The position numbers and the translations under genes are program-made. Below are positions 9,828 to 20,761 of a stretch of 64,000 nt of DNA, in pieces. The DNA is taken from positions 32,001 to 96,000 of the forward strand of contig JAHPZE010000003.1 in NCBI GenBank assembly GCA_019058365.1. The letters are read 5' to 3'. The notes beneath the pieces were generated by a model. It was given only the letters and a program-made list of their open reading frames with translations, made no database searches and was not told where the DNA came from. The stretch is from Promethearchaeota archaeon. Lineage in GTDB: Archaea; Asgardarchaeota; Lokiarchaeia; Sigyniarchaeales; SOKP01. Position 1 is the stretch's first letter, and each line of letters begins with the position of its first letter.

Positions 9828-10832
9828 ATGGAAAATTTAGAATTTAAATTACCCTCTGATGAACCTGAGCAACTTTTAGTAAAATCTCAAGATACTTCTG
9901 ACTCAAATTATGGCATTGAGCCTGAAAAGAGAAGTATTGAATTACTTTTACAATACGGAGTAATAAATCTTGATAAACCAAGTGGTCCAACTAGTCATGA
10001 AGTAGTTTCATGGGTTCGTAAAATTTTGGGTATTTCAAATGCAGGTCATGGGGGAACTCTTGATCCAAAAGTTACCGGTATATTACCATGTGCTCTTGGA
10101 AAAGCAACACGAGTGTTGTCAGCATTATTATACGCCGGTAAGGAATATATAGGAGTGATGTATTTACACTCTCCAGAAAAAAGAAAAAAGATAGAGAAAA
10201 TATTTGAATTATTTACAGGAAAAATCTATCAAAGACCTCCATTAAAATCGTCCGTTGCAAGAAAATTACGGGTAAGAGAGATTTATTATAGCGAAGTTAT
10301 TGAAGTTAACAATAATCACATATTATTTCGTATTGGATGTGAAGCGGGAACTTATGTGAGGAAATTTTGTTTTGATTTAGGAGAAGCTCTATGTTCTGGT
10401 GCTCATATGCTTGAGTTGAGAAGAACAAGAGTAGGTAATTTTAAAGAAAGTGATAATCTAATAACACTACAAAATTTAAAAGATGCCTTTACAATTTATC
10501 AAATAGAGGGAAATCATTATTATTTGAAGAAATTAATATTCCCAATGGAGAAAATGGTTTCTCATCTACCTAAGATTTATGTTAGAGATACAGCAGTAGA
10601 TGCTTTATGTCATGGAGCAGATTTAGCATCTGCTGGTATATGTTATATTGATGCTAGGATAAAACCCAATATGTTAGTTGCATTTATGAGTTTAAAAAAA
10701 GAGTTAATTGGGTTTGGTATAGCTTTAAAAGATGCACTTCAAATATATAAAGCAAAATCAGGAATCCTCGTAAAAACTAATAAAGTTTTCATGGAAAGAG
10801 GAACCTATCCACGTTGGAATGAGAAAAAATAA
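9828..10832 (+). CDS. cbf5: H/ACA RNA-guided pseudouridine synthase Cbf5
   Basis: LDKPSGPTSHEV, GHGGTLDPKVTG, YQRPP and a C-terminal PUA domain. Confidence 0.96.
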   Translation: MENLEFKLPSDEPEQLLVKSQDTSDSNYGIEPEKRSIELLLQYGVINLDKPSGPTSHEVVSWVRKILGISNAGHGGTLDPKVTGILPCALGKATRVLSALLYAGKEYIGVMYLHSPEKRKKIEKIFELFTGKIYQRPPLKSSVARKLRVREIYYSEVIEVNNNHILFRIGCEAGTYVRKFCFDLGEALCSGAHMLELRRTRVGNFKESDNLITLQNLKDAFTIYQIEGNHYYLKKLIFPMEKMVSHLPKIYVRDTAVDALCHGADLASAGICYIDARIKPNMLVAFMSLKKELIGFGIALKDALQIYKAKSGILVKTNKVFMERGTYPRWNEKK

Positions 10833-10861
10833 TAGATTTAAACAATACTAATTTTTATACT

Positions 10862-11491
10862 ATGGATAATAATAAAACCCATTATTATAGCAGAGTTCCC
10901 GAAGTTAATGTAAAAATTTATACTATACCAGAAAGTTTAAGAAAACATCTTTATATTTTTAAAACCATCACAGGTGTTTTTTCATTTAAAAAGCTTGACT
11001 TAGGTACTAAAGTTCTTATTGAACATATGTATATCCCAAAAGAATCTAGTATTTTACTTGATTTGGGATGTGGGTATGGACCAATAGGAATTGTTCTAGC
11101 TTATGAGTCTCCTCAAAGCTCTGTTTATCTATTAGATATTAATAGACGAGCTATTTGGTGTGCAAAAGAAAATATTAAATTAAATCTTCCAAGGGAAAGG
11201 AAAAATATAATTGCTTTATCTGGAAATTATTTTAACCCAATTAAAACCAAAAATTTAAGATTTGATGGAATTTATATGAATCCTCCTCTGCGTCAAGGAA
11301 GGAGAGATTTTTTAGATTTGCTTTCTAAAATTCACAACAATTTAAAACCAAATGGGTATTTTCAATTTGTAATTAAGAAAAAAATGGGGGCAGCTTACAT
11401 TTTAAAATATTTTAAAGATGCTTTTCCAAATGAAAATATTGAGATTTTATGTAAAAGAAGTGGATATTGGGTTTTTAATTGTTTTGATTAA
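10862..11491 (+). CDS. RsmC-like class I SAM-dependent methyltransferase
   Basis: GVFS, LDLGCGYG and NPP motifs. Confidence 0.88.
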   Translation: MDNNKTHYYSRVPEVNVKIYTIPESLRKHLYIFKTITGVFSFKKLDLGTKVLIEHMYIPKESSILLDLGCGYGPIGIVLAYESPQSSVYLLDINRRAIWCAKENIKLNLPRERKNIIALSGNYFNPIKTKNLRFDGIYMNPPLRQGRRDFLDLLSKIHNNLKPNGYFQFVIKKKMGAAYILKYFKDAFPNENIEILCKRSGYWVFNCFD

Positions 11492-11604
11492 TTATAATTT
11501 AATAGAAACCCGTTTATTATGAGAAAAATGATAGAAAAATGGAAAAATTTTTTAGAATAGCATCACTTCATTATTTATAATTCGTAAAAATAGAGGATTT
11601 TTCC

Positions 11605-11862
11605 TTGACTAAAAAGAAACAGATAGATGTTTTGCTCCATAAATTTGTCCCTAAACATTTGCTCTTAACTAAAGAAGAATCGCAACATCTTTTAGAAAAA
11701 TATCGGATTGATATAACTGATTTACCACAAATGTTTGAAAAAGATCCAGTTGCGATCGCTATCGGAGCAAAAGAAGGAGATATTGTAAAAATAATTCGTG
11801 ACTCTAATACTACAGTAAGATCTATGGATTATTATCGATATGTTAAAAAGGAAAAAGCTTAA
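11605..11862 (+). CDS. rpoH: RNA polymerase subunit Rpo5 (H)
   Basis: HKFVPKH, LP, DPVA, GDIVKIIR and YYRYV; immediately upstream of rpoB. Confidence 0.96.
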   Translation: MTKKKQIDVLLHKFVPKHLLLTKEESQHLLEKYRIDITDLPQMFEKDPVAIAIGAKEGDIVKIIRDSNTTVRSMDYYRYVKKEKA

Positions 11863-11907
11863 TATTGTTTTTTTATGAAAAATTACATATATATGGTTTA
11901 ATGAATT

Positions 11908-14900
11908 TTGAGTTCTGAAAAATTATCAAATGAAGATAAATGGATTATCTTAAAAAGTTTATTCGATGAAAAGGGTTTAGTTCGTCAGCATTTAGACTCA
12001 TACAATAATTTTATTGAATATGAAATGCAGACGATTGTTGATGAATCGGGGGAAGTCATTCCCGATATACCGGGATTTAAAATTAAATTTGGTAAAATTA
12101 AAGTTGGAGTGCCAAAAGTAAGAGAAGCGGATGGAGCTACTATGGAGATTACTCCAATAGAAGCTAGAATTAGAGAATTAAGCTATGCTGCAGATATTAC
12201 TTTAGAGATGACCCCTATAACCATTGATGAACGAACCCAGAGAGAGGAAGCTGAAGAAACTTTAGATATATATATTGGAAAGATTCCAATAATGCTTAAA
12301 AGCTGTCGATGTCCTTTAGAAAGCTTATCTGAACAAGAATTGATTAATAGGGGTGAAGATCCGTTAGATCCTGGTGGGTACTTCATAATAAATGGAACTG
12401 AACGAGTGCTCGTAACGCAGGAAGATCTTGCTCCGAATAGGATACTTGCTGAAGAAGCTAGTAGAAGTTCTAGTGCAACTCATCAAGCGAAAGTTTTTTC
12501 GACAAGAAGTGGTTTTAGAGCTCCTGTAACAATTGAGCGAAAAAAAGATGGCAATCTTAGAGTATCATTTCCATCAGTTCCAGGAAAAATACCTTTAGCA
12601 ATATTAATGCGTTCCTTAGGATTACATTCAGACAGAGAGATATTTGAAGCTATTTCAGAAAATGATGAAATCCAGAAAGAATTAATTCCTGTAATAGATG
12701 TTGCTTCTGAGATACAAGTATTAAAAGATCCAGAAAAATCACAGCATAATGCGCTTGATTATATAGGAAAAAGAGTTGCTATTGGACAAACGAAAGATTA
12801 TCGTATTAGAAGAGCTTTACAGGTTTTAGACAGATATCTTTTACCCCATATCGGAAATGATGAAGGAGATAGAATTAAAAAAGCTTATTATTTAGGACAG
12901 ATGGCGCAAAAAGTAATGGAACTCGCTTTAAATTTAAGAGAACCAGATGATAAAGATCATTATGCTAACAAAAGGTTAAAATTAGCGGGTGAACTATTCA
13001 CATCGTTATTTAGGGTAGCTTTTTTAAATCTTGTTAAAGATATTAAATATCAATTAGAAAGGACTGCTGTCCGAGGTAGAGCTCCAAATATAAAAACTGC
13101 GGTAAGGGCAGATGTGATTACAGAAAGGATTAGACATGCATTAGCTACGGGTAATTGGGTTGGTGGTAAAGCAGGTGTTAGCCAACTTTTAAATAGAACC
13201 AATCATGTTGGCACATTAAGCCACTTGAGAAGAGTTATATCACCTCTCAGCCGTAGTCAACCACATTTTGAAGCTAGAGATTTGCATCCAACTCAATGGG
13301 GGAAAATTTGTCCCGCAGAAACTCCTGAGGGTCCAAATTGTGGTTTAGTTAAAAATCTTGGATTAGCTTCAATAATATCTGTAGGAACTAATGAGAGGAT
13401 TATTGAGAATATTTTAATCGATTTAGGTGTTATTCCTATAAATGAGGTAAAAAATGTAAAAGGAGAGAAAGTAAAAGTCTTTTTAAATGGGAAATTAGTT
13501 GGTATACATCAACAACATAATCCATTCATACGTCAACTGAGAGAAAAACGAAGGAAAGGCGAGATAGGGCAACATGTAAATATAGGATATTATCATGAAT
13601 CCAGAGAAATTCAAATTAATTGTGATGCTGGAAGAGCAACCAGACCTTTATTTGTTTTGAAAAATCAAAAGCTACTCGTTTCAAAAGATGATATTGAAAA
13701 GATAAAACAAAATAAATTTATTTGGTCAGATTTGATTCAAAAGGGTGTTATTGAATATTTAGATGCCGAAGAAGAAGAAAATGCATATATTGCCATGTTC
13801 GAGGAGGATATCAGTATAGAACATACTCATTTAGAGATATCTCCTGCTGCAATTCTAGGTATTTGTGCTTCCATAATTCCTTTTCCAGAACATAATCAAT
13901 CCCCTAGAAATACATATGAGGCGGGAATGGTAAAACAAGCATTAGGTTTATTTGCAGCTAATATGCACTTGAGATTAGACACCAGAGGACACACATTACA
14001 TTATCCTCAACAACCATTAGTAAAAACCAGTCCAATGGAAATCATAGGGATAAATAAAAGACCCGCTGGACAAAATTTTATCATTGCGATGATGAGTTTC
14101 GAAGGATTTAATATAGAAGATGCGATCATCATCAATAAAGCATCAATTGAGAGAGGACTAGCACGTAGTCATTTTTTTAGAACCTACGATGCTGAAGAAA
14201 GAAAATATCCAGGTGGAGAGGTTGATAAATTTGAAATTCCAGAAAGAGGAGTAAGAGGATTCAAATCGGCTGAATCATATCGGTTATTATCTGAAGTAGA
14301 TGGAATAATAGAACCAGAGACACAAGTAAATGGAGGAGATGTGTTAATTGGGAGAACATCCCCACCTAGATTTATAAAATCGTACGAAGAATTTGAACTT
14401 ATGCAACCGAATAGACGTGAAACTTCAAAAAACATGCGACATAATGAACAAGGAATTGTAGATACAGTAATTATTTCAGAAACCGTTGATGGAAATAAAT
14501 TAGTTAAAATAAAAGTTAGAGATTTAAGAATCCCAGAATTGGGAGATAAATTCTCATCTCGCCATGGTCAAAAGGGGGTTTTAGGATTAGTAGTAGATCA
14601 AGCAGATATGCCATATACTACCTCTGGGGTCATTCCAGATATAATTGTAAATCCTCACGCAATGCCATCACGAATGACTTTAGGACAACTTTTTGAGGGT
14701 ATTAGTGGAAAGATTGCCTGTACAACAGGAAAATTAGGAGATGCAACTGCATTTGAGTGGACAGATATTACAAAACTTCAAGAACAATTAGTTGAAGCGG
14801 GATTTGAATTTAATGGAAGAGAAGTAATGTATAATGGAATTACAGGTGAAAAATATGAAGCAGGAATTTATTGCGCTCCAATTTATTACCAAAAGTTATA

Positions 14901-15279
14901 TCACTTAGTAGCAGATAAACTTCATGCGAGAGCAAGAGGGCCAGTTCAAATTTTAACGAGGCAGCCAACAGAAGGTCGTGCTCGAGAAGGAGGGTTAAGG
15001 TTTGGAGAAATGGAGAGAGATTGTTTAGTTGGTCATGGTTCTGCATTATTATTAAAAGAACGACTTTTAGATGAATCTGATCGAACTGTGATTTTAGTAT
15101 GTGAAAAATGTGGACTTTTAGCTGTATATGATCGAAATAGAGATAAGCGATATTGCCCAGTATGTGGAGAAGGAACCATTATTTCTAAAGTTGTATGTTC
15201 TTATGCATTCAAGTTGTTATTACAGGAGATGATGAGCTTAGGACTTGCTCCAAGACTTAAACTAAAAGAAAAAATTTAG
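11908..15279 (+). CDS. rpoB: RNA polymerase subunit Rpo2 (B), unsplit
   Basis: GYFIINGTERV, ETPEGPNCGLVKN, GDKFSSRHGQKG and GGLRFGEMERD. Confidence 0.99.
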   Translation: MSSEKLSNEDKWIILKSLFDEKGLVRQHLDSYNNFIEYEMQTIVDESGEVIPDIPGFKIKFGKIKVGVPKVREADGATMEITPIEARIRELSYAADITLEMTPITIDERTQREEAEETLDIYIGKIPIMLKSCRCPLESLSEQELINRGEDPLDPGGYFIINGTERVLVTQEDLAPNRILAEEASRSSSATHQAKVFSTRSGFRAPVTIERKKDGNLRVSFPSVPGKIPLAILMRSLGLHSDREIFEAISENDEIQKELIPVIDVASEIQVLKDPEKSQHNALDYIGKRVAIGQTKDYRIRRALQVLDRYLLPHIGNDEGDRIKKAYYLGQMAQKVMELALNLREPDDKDHYANKRLKLAGELFTSLFRVAFLNLVKDIKYQLERTAVRGRAPNIKTAVRADVITERIRHALATGNWVGGKAGVSQLLNRTNHVGTLSHLRRVISPLSRSQPHFEARDLHPTQWGKICPAETPEGPNCGLVKNLGLASIISVGTNERIIENILIDLGVIPINEVKNVKGEKVKVFLNGKLVGIHQQHNPFIRQLREKRRKGEIGQHVNIGYYHESREIQINCDAGRATRPLFVLKNQKLLVSKDDIEKIKQNKFIWSDLIQKGVIEYLDAEEEENAYIAMFEEDISIEHTHLEISPAAILGICASIIPFPEHNQSPRNTYEAGMVKQALGLFAANMHLRLDTRGHTLHYPQQPLVKTSPMEIIGINKRPAGQNFIIAMMSFEGFNIEDAIIINKASIERGLARSHFFRTYDAEERKYPGGEVDKFEIPERGVRGFKSAESYRLLSEVDGIIEPETQVNGGDVLIGRTSPPRFIKSYEEFELMQPNRRETSKNMRHNEQGIVDTVIISETVDGNKLVKIKVRDLRIPELGDKFSSRHGQKGVLGLVVDQADMPYTTSGVIPDIIVNPHAMPSRMTLGQLFEGISGKIACTTGKLGDATAFEWTDITKLQEQLVEAGFEFNGREVMYNGITGEKYEAGIYCAPIYYQKLYHLVADKLHARARGPVQILTRQPTEGRAREGGLRFGEMERDCLVGHGSALLLKERLLDESDRTVILVCEKCGLLAVYDRNRDKRYCPVCGEGTIISKVVCSYAFKLLLQEMMSLGLAPRLKLKEKI

Positions 15280-15416
15280 TTTCTTATTTTTTTATAATAT
15301 ATTTATGTGTATTGGAATCTCTCAAAAAAATGAACATCTAGTAGTAGTTTTTAACAATATAATAAATTATAAAAAAAAATGGAATTTTTATATTGAATTG
15401 TTAGATCTACTCTTAA

Positions 15417-15956
15417 TTAAAAAGCTACTCCAACAAATGTATATAATTCTGGTACCAAGGAAAACAAAATATATAGTAAGAATAGTAGCAACAATGAAAC
15501 CCAAACTGAATTATCCCACGGTATATCAATTAAATATTTAACCAGAACTAATAGTATGAGAAAACCAAATACGGGGACTAATAGTACTAAGAAATTTTGT
15601 CCACGATGATCAATCGCATTTCTAATATCAGCAAGAGCACCCCCAATCGCAGTTAAAACAGTTCCTATTGCATTCAGAACAACAGGTAAAAATAATACAA
15701 TAATTAGTGCCAAGAGAAGTATCATAAATTTCTTATCAGACGCTTTAGTTCTCGATTCTAATAGAAGAACAACTATATAAGCTATCAATGCTACGATAAC
15801 AGTTGCGATAACTAACCATATTAGAAATACCCAAGGCTCTGCGTTTTGAAACAGCATAATAATATCCCAAATTGTGTTTTTTTTACTAGTTTTTTTATTA
15901 AGATATGTTGTAATAAAAATATTACACTTCTTCTTTTTTAAATCTTGAGAAAACAA
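15417..15956 (-). CDS. Hypothetical membrane protein (true start probably near 15856)
   Basis: About four hydrophobic helices. Confidence 0.65.
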   Translation of the reverse strand: MFSQDLKKKKCNIFITTYLNKKTSKKNTIWDIIMLFQNAEPWVFLIWLVIATVIVALIAYIVVLLLESRTKASDKKFMILLLALIIVLFLPVVLNAIGTVLTAIGGALADIRNAIDHRGQNFLVLLVPVFGFLILLVLVKYLIDIPWDNSVWVSLLLLFLLYILFSLVPELYTFVGVAF

Positions 15957-16046
15957 ATTATAAATGAATAAAACTGAGAATTAAGAATGTGTAATGTTAT
16001 TTTGGAAAAAATACGTCTTACTTAGATGTATATGTTTATGATTAGA

Positions 16047-16259
16047 TTAAATACCCCATGAGAGTAATAAGAAATGAAAAGCGAATCCAAGAAATATTGA
16101 AGCAACAACTATACTTAATATAGAAAGGCGAATAGATACTTCTCTTCCATATTTAGTATATATTATTAAAATTGCAAATGAAGCTAACCCTATAAGAAGA
16201 AAAATCCACGCAAAAACCCATATAGTTAAGGAAGGAATTCCAGCCATATTATATAACAA
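16047..16259 (-). CDS. Small two-TM membrane protein
   Basis: Two hydrophobic helices with a short charged loop. Confidence 0.6.
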   Translation of the reverse strand: MLYNMAGIPSLTIWVFAWIFLLIGLASFAILIIYTKYGREVSIRLSILSIVVASIFLGFAFHFLLLSWGI

Positions 16260-16401
16260 TAAATTTTTTGTGGTCTGTATGTTTAGATATATTTTATTTT
16301 TTTTTAATTTTACTAATGAATAAAATTTATAATTATAATCTTGTGATATTTAATAAATAGAACAAAATTTTCTTCAAAGAAAAATTAAACTACTAAAAAT
16401 T

Positions 16402-17184
16402 ATGCATTTTATTAAAAAAATTATTGAATCACCGGTTTTGAATGATCCTGCGGAAAAATATAAAAGTATTCATCGGCACTTCTATAGATATTCTAGAGGA
16501 GATTTTATAGGACCTGCAATAAAAATTTCTAAAACAAAAGCTAAATTAACACTTAAAGGGAGTCATGAATATGAAGATTTGATTCTTGAAATAGTAACGA
16601 GAGGAATTTCAAATTCAGATGAAAAATTCGAAATTAAAGGAAAATTAATATCTGGAGTAGACGTTTCTGAAATGATAAATAATTTAGGGTATAATTGGAA
16701 TCTTAAACAATCATCAGGTCAAACGAAAAATTATAAAGCGGAGATCATAGACCAAACAAATAGAGATTTATTATTAGAGAGTATTGAAAGATTTCGGGAA
16801 AATAGCTATTTTCTGTTATCATTTAACATAAACCCGAGTTGCAAGGTGACAACCAAAAAAAACATACCTCAGCCATCTAAAAAGAAAGTTGAAGATGATG
16901 ATGTAAATAATAGGATTCAATTTTGCACAGGATATCTTAGTAATACTGAAAAAAATCTTAACTATACATTAGAGGCTATATTATCAGACTTTAAATCAGA
17001 ACTCCCTAAAAACTGGAAAACAATCACACTTTTTAATAATTATAAAATAATTGACGTTGAAATTCCTAAAAGCATCAAAGATTCAAGATTATTAAGAATA
17101 ATGGCTATAAGAAAAGGTACGCTATTTCGAATTGTCAATATAGATGGAGAAATTATTGAAAAACAATATTCTATCGTCGTCTAA
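16402..17184 (+). CDS. Hypothetical protein
   Basis: 260-aa ORF upstream of tfe; no function recognised. Confidence 0.7.
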   Translation: MHFIKKIIESPVLNDPAEKYKSIHRHFYRYSRGDFIGPAIKISKTKAKLTLKGSHEYEDLILEIVTRGISNSDEKFEIKGKLISGVDVSEMINNLGYNWNLKQSSGQTKNYKAEIIDQTNRDLLLESIERFRENSYFLLSFNINPSCKVTTKKNIPQPSKKKVEDDDVNNRIQFCTGYLSNTEKNLNYTLEAILSDFKSELPKNWKTITLFNNYKIIDVEIPKSIKDSRLLRIMAIRKGTLFRIVNIDGEIIEKQYSIVV

Positions 17185-17272
17185 GGATTAAAATTAATTT
17201 CTTTTTAGAAATTTTAAAAAAATTTAATTTTTATCAAAGATAATTATATATCAAGTTAAAATTATATTACAA

Positions 17273-17863
17273 ATGAGGCTAAGTCGTATTATAGAATTAA
17301 ATCCTTACTTACAGTCTTTTTTATATATTATTGGTGGAGATATCGCAATTTATGTTGGAATGGAGCTTCTGAATTCTGAATCTAAAGATATAACAGATGA
17401 AGATATTACTGAAAATATAAAAGAGCATATTGAAGGTACGGATATTGATTTCGAACCAGATGACACTGAAATCTTAAAATTAAATACTGTTCGTAAAACG
17501 CTTTATAAACTTTATTCTGAAAAGTTAGCTCAGTTTAGACGTATAAGAGATAAATCAACTGGGTGGTTTATTTATTATTGGTGGCATGAATTTGACTTAC
17601 TTGAAGAAATTATTCTTGAAAAAAAGAAATTGATTGAATCAAAATTGCGAGACAGGTTGGAATTCGAGCAAAATAATTATTTCTTTATTTGCATAAATTG
17701 TGAAGATTCAAATATTAAATATAATTTTGAGGAAGCTTTTGAGCTTAATTTTAGGTGCCCTAACTGTGGAGGTTCACTTGAAGCACAAGATAATCAAGCT
17801 ATAATTGAGTTTTTAAAAAATAAGATTGTTTTAAATGAAAATACAAAAATTGCAATTGATTAA
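17273..17863 (+). CDS. tfe: Transcription factor E alpha subunit
   Basis: Winged helix (LNTVRKTLYKLY, GWFIYYW) plus zinc ribbon (CINC, FRCPNCG). Confidence 0.94.
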   Translation: MRLSRIIELNPYLQSFLYIIGGDIAIYVGMELLNSESKDITDEDITENIKEHIEGTDIDFEPDDTEILKLNTVRKTLYKLYSEKLAQFRRIRDKSTGWFIYYWWHEFDLLEEIILEKKKLIESKLRDRLEFEQNNYFFICINCEDSNIKYNFEEAFELNFRCPNCGGSLEAQDNQAIIEFLKNKIVLNENTKIAID

Positions 17864-17916
17864 TAAATTTAATTGACTCGGACATTAATTTTTTAAATAT
17901 TTAATTTAGAGTTTTT

Positions 17917-19959
17917 ATGAAAGAAAACAAAAATCTCAAAAAAATTCGATTTGGTACTTGTACAAAAGATTGCTACGGTTCTTGTGTGTTTACAGGTGTA
18001 TGGAATGATAAGGTTCCTAAACATAAATTAATAAATGCCCATCCATTGAAAACTCATCCATTTACTAATGGTTTTTTTTGTCCTAAACTTACTCAAAGAC
18101 AAAATTTAATATATCATCAAGATAGATTGAAAAATCCATTAATCCGAAATGGCCCAAAACTTGAAAACAATTTTAAACCTATTTCTTTAAACCATGTGAT
18201 CAGTATTATTGCTGAAAAAATAGTTGAAATCAAGGAAAAAGGGAATTTAACTTCTATTTTGGGGGCTTTTTATTCTGGAAATTCAGGTTTAATTTCAAAA
18301 TACGCTCCTTTAAGATTTTTTAATAAATTGGGAGCCACAATCACCAATGGAGGTATCTGTAATGAAGGAGGATGTGCGGGACTTACACGGTTATTTGGTA
18401 CCTATTCCACTACAAATCCCTTTCAGTTAAAAAATCCGTCAACCAGATTAATAGTAAATTGGGGTAGTAATCTTTCAGAAAGTAATAACCATGCTTATTA
18501 TTTAGTTAAACAAGCTTTAAAAATGGGGACTAAACTTGTTGTTGTGGATTCTCGACGTACGAGAATAGCAAATAAAGCTCATTGTTTTCTACATATTATG
18601 CCAAGTACAGAACATTTGTTAGTTAAAATTGTACTCAATGAACTTATTACCTGTAATGTTCATGATGAAAAGTTTCTGAAAAACCATGTTGATAATTATT
18701 CCTCTCTTTTTCGAGAAGTAATCAATATTGATAAAAAGAAGCTTTTAGAGCAAATTGGAATTGACAGTCAGACATTTCAGAATTTTGTTGAATTATTGAT
18801 TAAATTTAAACACCATACTTTGTTTAATATAGGGTATGGCGTTCAGAAAGACTACTATGGTGGTAGAATCGTAAAATCTATTGCTTTTATTCAAATTTTA
18901 CTTGGAAATATAGGTAAACCCGGTTCAGGGTTGATCTATTCTCAGAGTGACTTTCTAAACCCTCTCCTTCAACCTCTTCGTAGATACATAGCGTATTTTA
19001 GCGGTGAATCAAAGATGAAAGAAATTCCTATAATAAAACTTGGCTCATCCTTATCTTCTGGGAATTATCAGGTATTATTTATATATAATTTTAATCCAGC
19101 AAGCTCATTACCTAATCAAAATTTATTAAGAAGCGCATTACTTAAAGAAGATCTATTTGTAGTAGTAATAGATATGTTTTTAAATGAAACGACTAAGTTT
19201 GCTGATATAGTCATCCCCGCAAAATTTGATTTAGAGTCTTTTGATTTGATATCTCCTTACTATATGCCAGGTTTATCGATTAATATTGGAGGTCCATGTC
19301 CATATGAAGATTGTGTATCTAACTATGAATTCTTCCAACAATTAGCATGGAAATTAGGATTTGAAAACTCGGTGATTTTTCAAGAATCAGAAAAAACAAT
19401 ATTTAAAAATTGTATAAAAATGCTACCGTTAGAAATTCAAAATCACCTTCATCAGGAAGGATATTATTTATTATTTAATAATGATGATGTTCCTTTTAAT
19501 ACATTAGAGTTTCCTACTCCCAATAATCGGATTCAAATTATTGGCACACAATTAAAATTTGGAGAAAGCGAATTGAAACGAAAAATAAACTTGAAAAAAA
19601 ATGAATTCGTCCTTATTTCTCCTTCTCATTTGCATTTCTTACACTCTCAACTATGGCAGTTAAATTCCAAATATGTGAATGAATTTAGTAAAATTTACTT
19701 ATCATCAAAAGATATTAAAAGATTGAATTTAGAAATTGGTCATGAGGTTCTTGTATCAAATGAATATGGATCTGAAACCTATATATTAGCAGAATCTCCG
19801 ATATTAAAGCATAAAACAACATTAATATATCATGGTTTATCTTCATCTTTAAAAGGAAGTCCAAATGTTAACTTTTTCATCCCCGATAAACCAGAAGAAT
19901 TAGGCTTTTCTGGATCATATAATTCTGCAATCGTTAAAATTAAAAAGATAGAGTCTTAA
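17917..19959 (+). CDS. Molybdopterin-dependent oxidoreductase catalytic subunit
   Basis: N-terminal CTKDCYGSC...CPK 4Fe-4S motif, RLKNPLIR, NPASSLPN and ETTKFADIVIPA. Confidence 0.88.
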   Translation: MKENKNLKKIRFGTCTKDCYGSCVFTGVWNDKVPKHKLINAHPLKTHPFTNGFFCPKLTQRQNLIYHQDRLKNPLIRNGPKLENNFKPISLNHVISIIAEKIVEIKEKGNLTSILGAFYSGNSGLISKYAPLRFFNKLGATITNGGICNEGGCAGLTRLFGTYSTTNPFQLKNPSTRLIVNWGSNLSESNNHAYYLVKQALKMGTKLVVVDSRRTRIANKAHCFLHIMPSTEHLLVKIVLNELITCNVHDEKFLKNHVDNYSSLFREVINIDKKKLLEQIGIDSQTFQNFVELLIKFKHHTLFNIGYGVQKDYYGGRIVKSIAFIQILLGNIGKPGSGLIYSQSDFLNPLLQPLRRYIAYFSGESKMKEIPIIKLGSSLSSGNYQVLFIYNFNPASSLPNQNLLRSALLKEDLFVVVIDMFLNETTKFADIVIPAKFDLESFDLISPYYMPGLSINIGGPCPYEDCVSNYEFFQQLAWKLGFENSVIFQESEKTIFKNCIKMLPLEIQNHLHQEGYYLLFNNDDVPFNTLEFPTPNNRIQIIGTQLKFGESELKRKINLKKNEFVLISPSHLHFLHSQLWQLNSKYVNEFSKIYLSSKDIKRLNLEIGHEVLVSNEYGSETYILAESPILKHKTTLIYHGLSSSLKGSPNVNFFIPDKPEELGFSGSYNSAIVKIKKIES

Positions 19960-19980
19960 AAAAGATCCTGAGACAATTTA

Positions 19981-20517
19981 CTATTGATTCTTCTTTTTAA
20001 TAAAAGCAATATCACCAAGAGATGTCCGAGATGACTTTTTCATATATTTATCGTTCTGAACATTTGACTCAATCTCATCCGTCTTTTTTAGGATTTTTAG
20101 ATTATAAATATCTTCTATTTTTTTAGCTAATTTAATAGTAGGCTCTACTTTTCCAGTCTCAATTCTCTTTAATAATGAAGGTTTTTCATTTAGCTTTTGA
20201 GCGAACTGATCTTGATTGAGTCCAAGGGAATTCCTTTTATTTCTTATTTTATTAGCGTAATCAGAAATTAATTCCAAATCACCAATAAAATCCTTTTTTA
20301 AGACTTGTCGTTTTGGAGGATTTTTTCTATTATAGGGATAGGATTTTTTAATTTGCGTGTTAGTTGGTGGTTTATGTAATTTTGTGCCATGTTGAGCACA
20401 ATTATGACATACTGTTATTTTAGCTCCTTCTAATAAAACTTTTTGTCCTTTGCCCCAAATAATACTTCCACATATGGGGCATTCCTTATCAATTTCATTG
20501 TATCGTGATTTTGGCAT
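19981..20517 (-). CDS. Archaeal multiprotein bridging factor aMBF1
   Basis: CPICG...VCHNC zinc ribbon, Cro-type HTH and C-terminal SLGD. Confidence 0.92.
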   Translation of the reverse strand: MPKSRYNEIDKECPICGSIIWGKGQKVLLEGAKITVCHNCAQHGTKLHKPPTNTQIKKSYPYNRKNPPKRQVLKKDFIGDLELISDYANKIRNKRNSLGLNQDQFAQKLNEKPSLLKRIETGKVEPTIKLAKKIEDIYNLKILKKTDEIESNVQNDKYMKKSSRTSLGDIAFIKKKNQ

Positions 20518-20761
20518 AATTATGTCTCAAATACGATTTATAGATAGAAATGTGTTTTATGTATAGAATTTATTTAAATATTCTTATAATTTACGATTTA
20601 CTGTCATTATATTTTATAAACTATAAATTTTTTAAAAATCGACATTTTTAAGTAAATGTACAGAAGTAACCTTAAATTTAAATGATTAAAAGTTTATTAA
20701 TATTTTAAGGTATTTTCTTAAAAATGTAAATTAAAGTGAGAAAAGAAGGGGTATACTTTTT

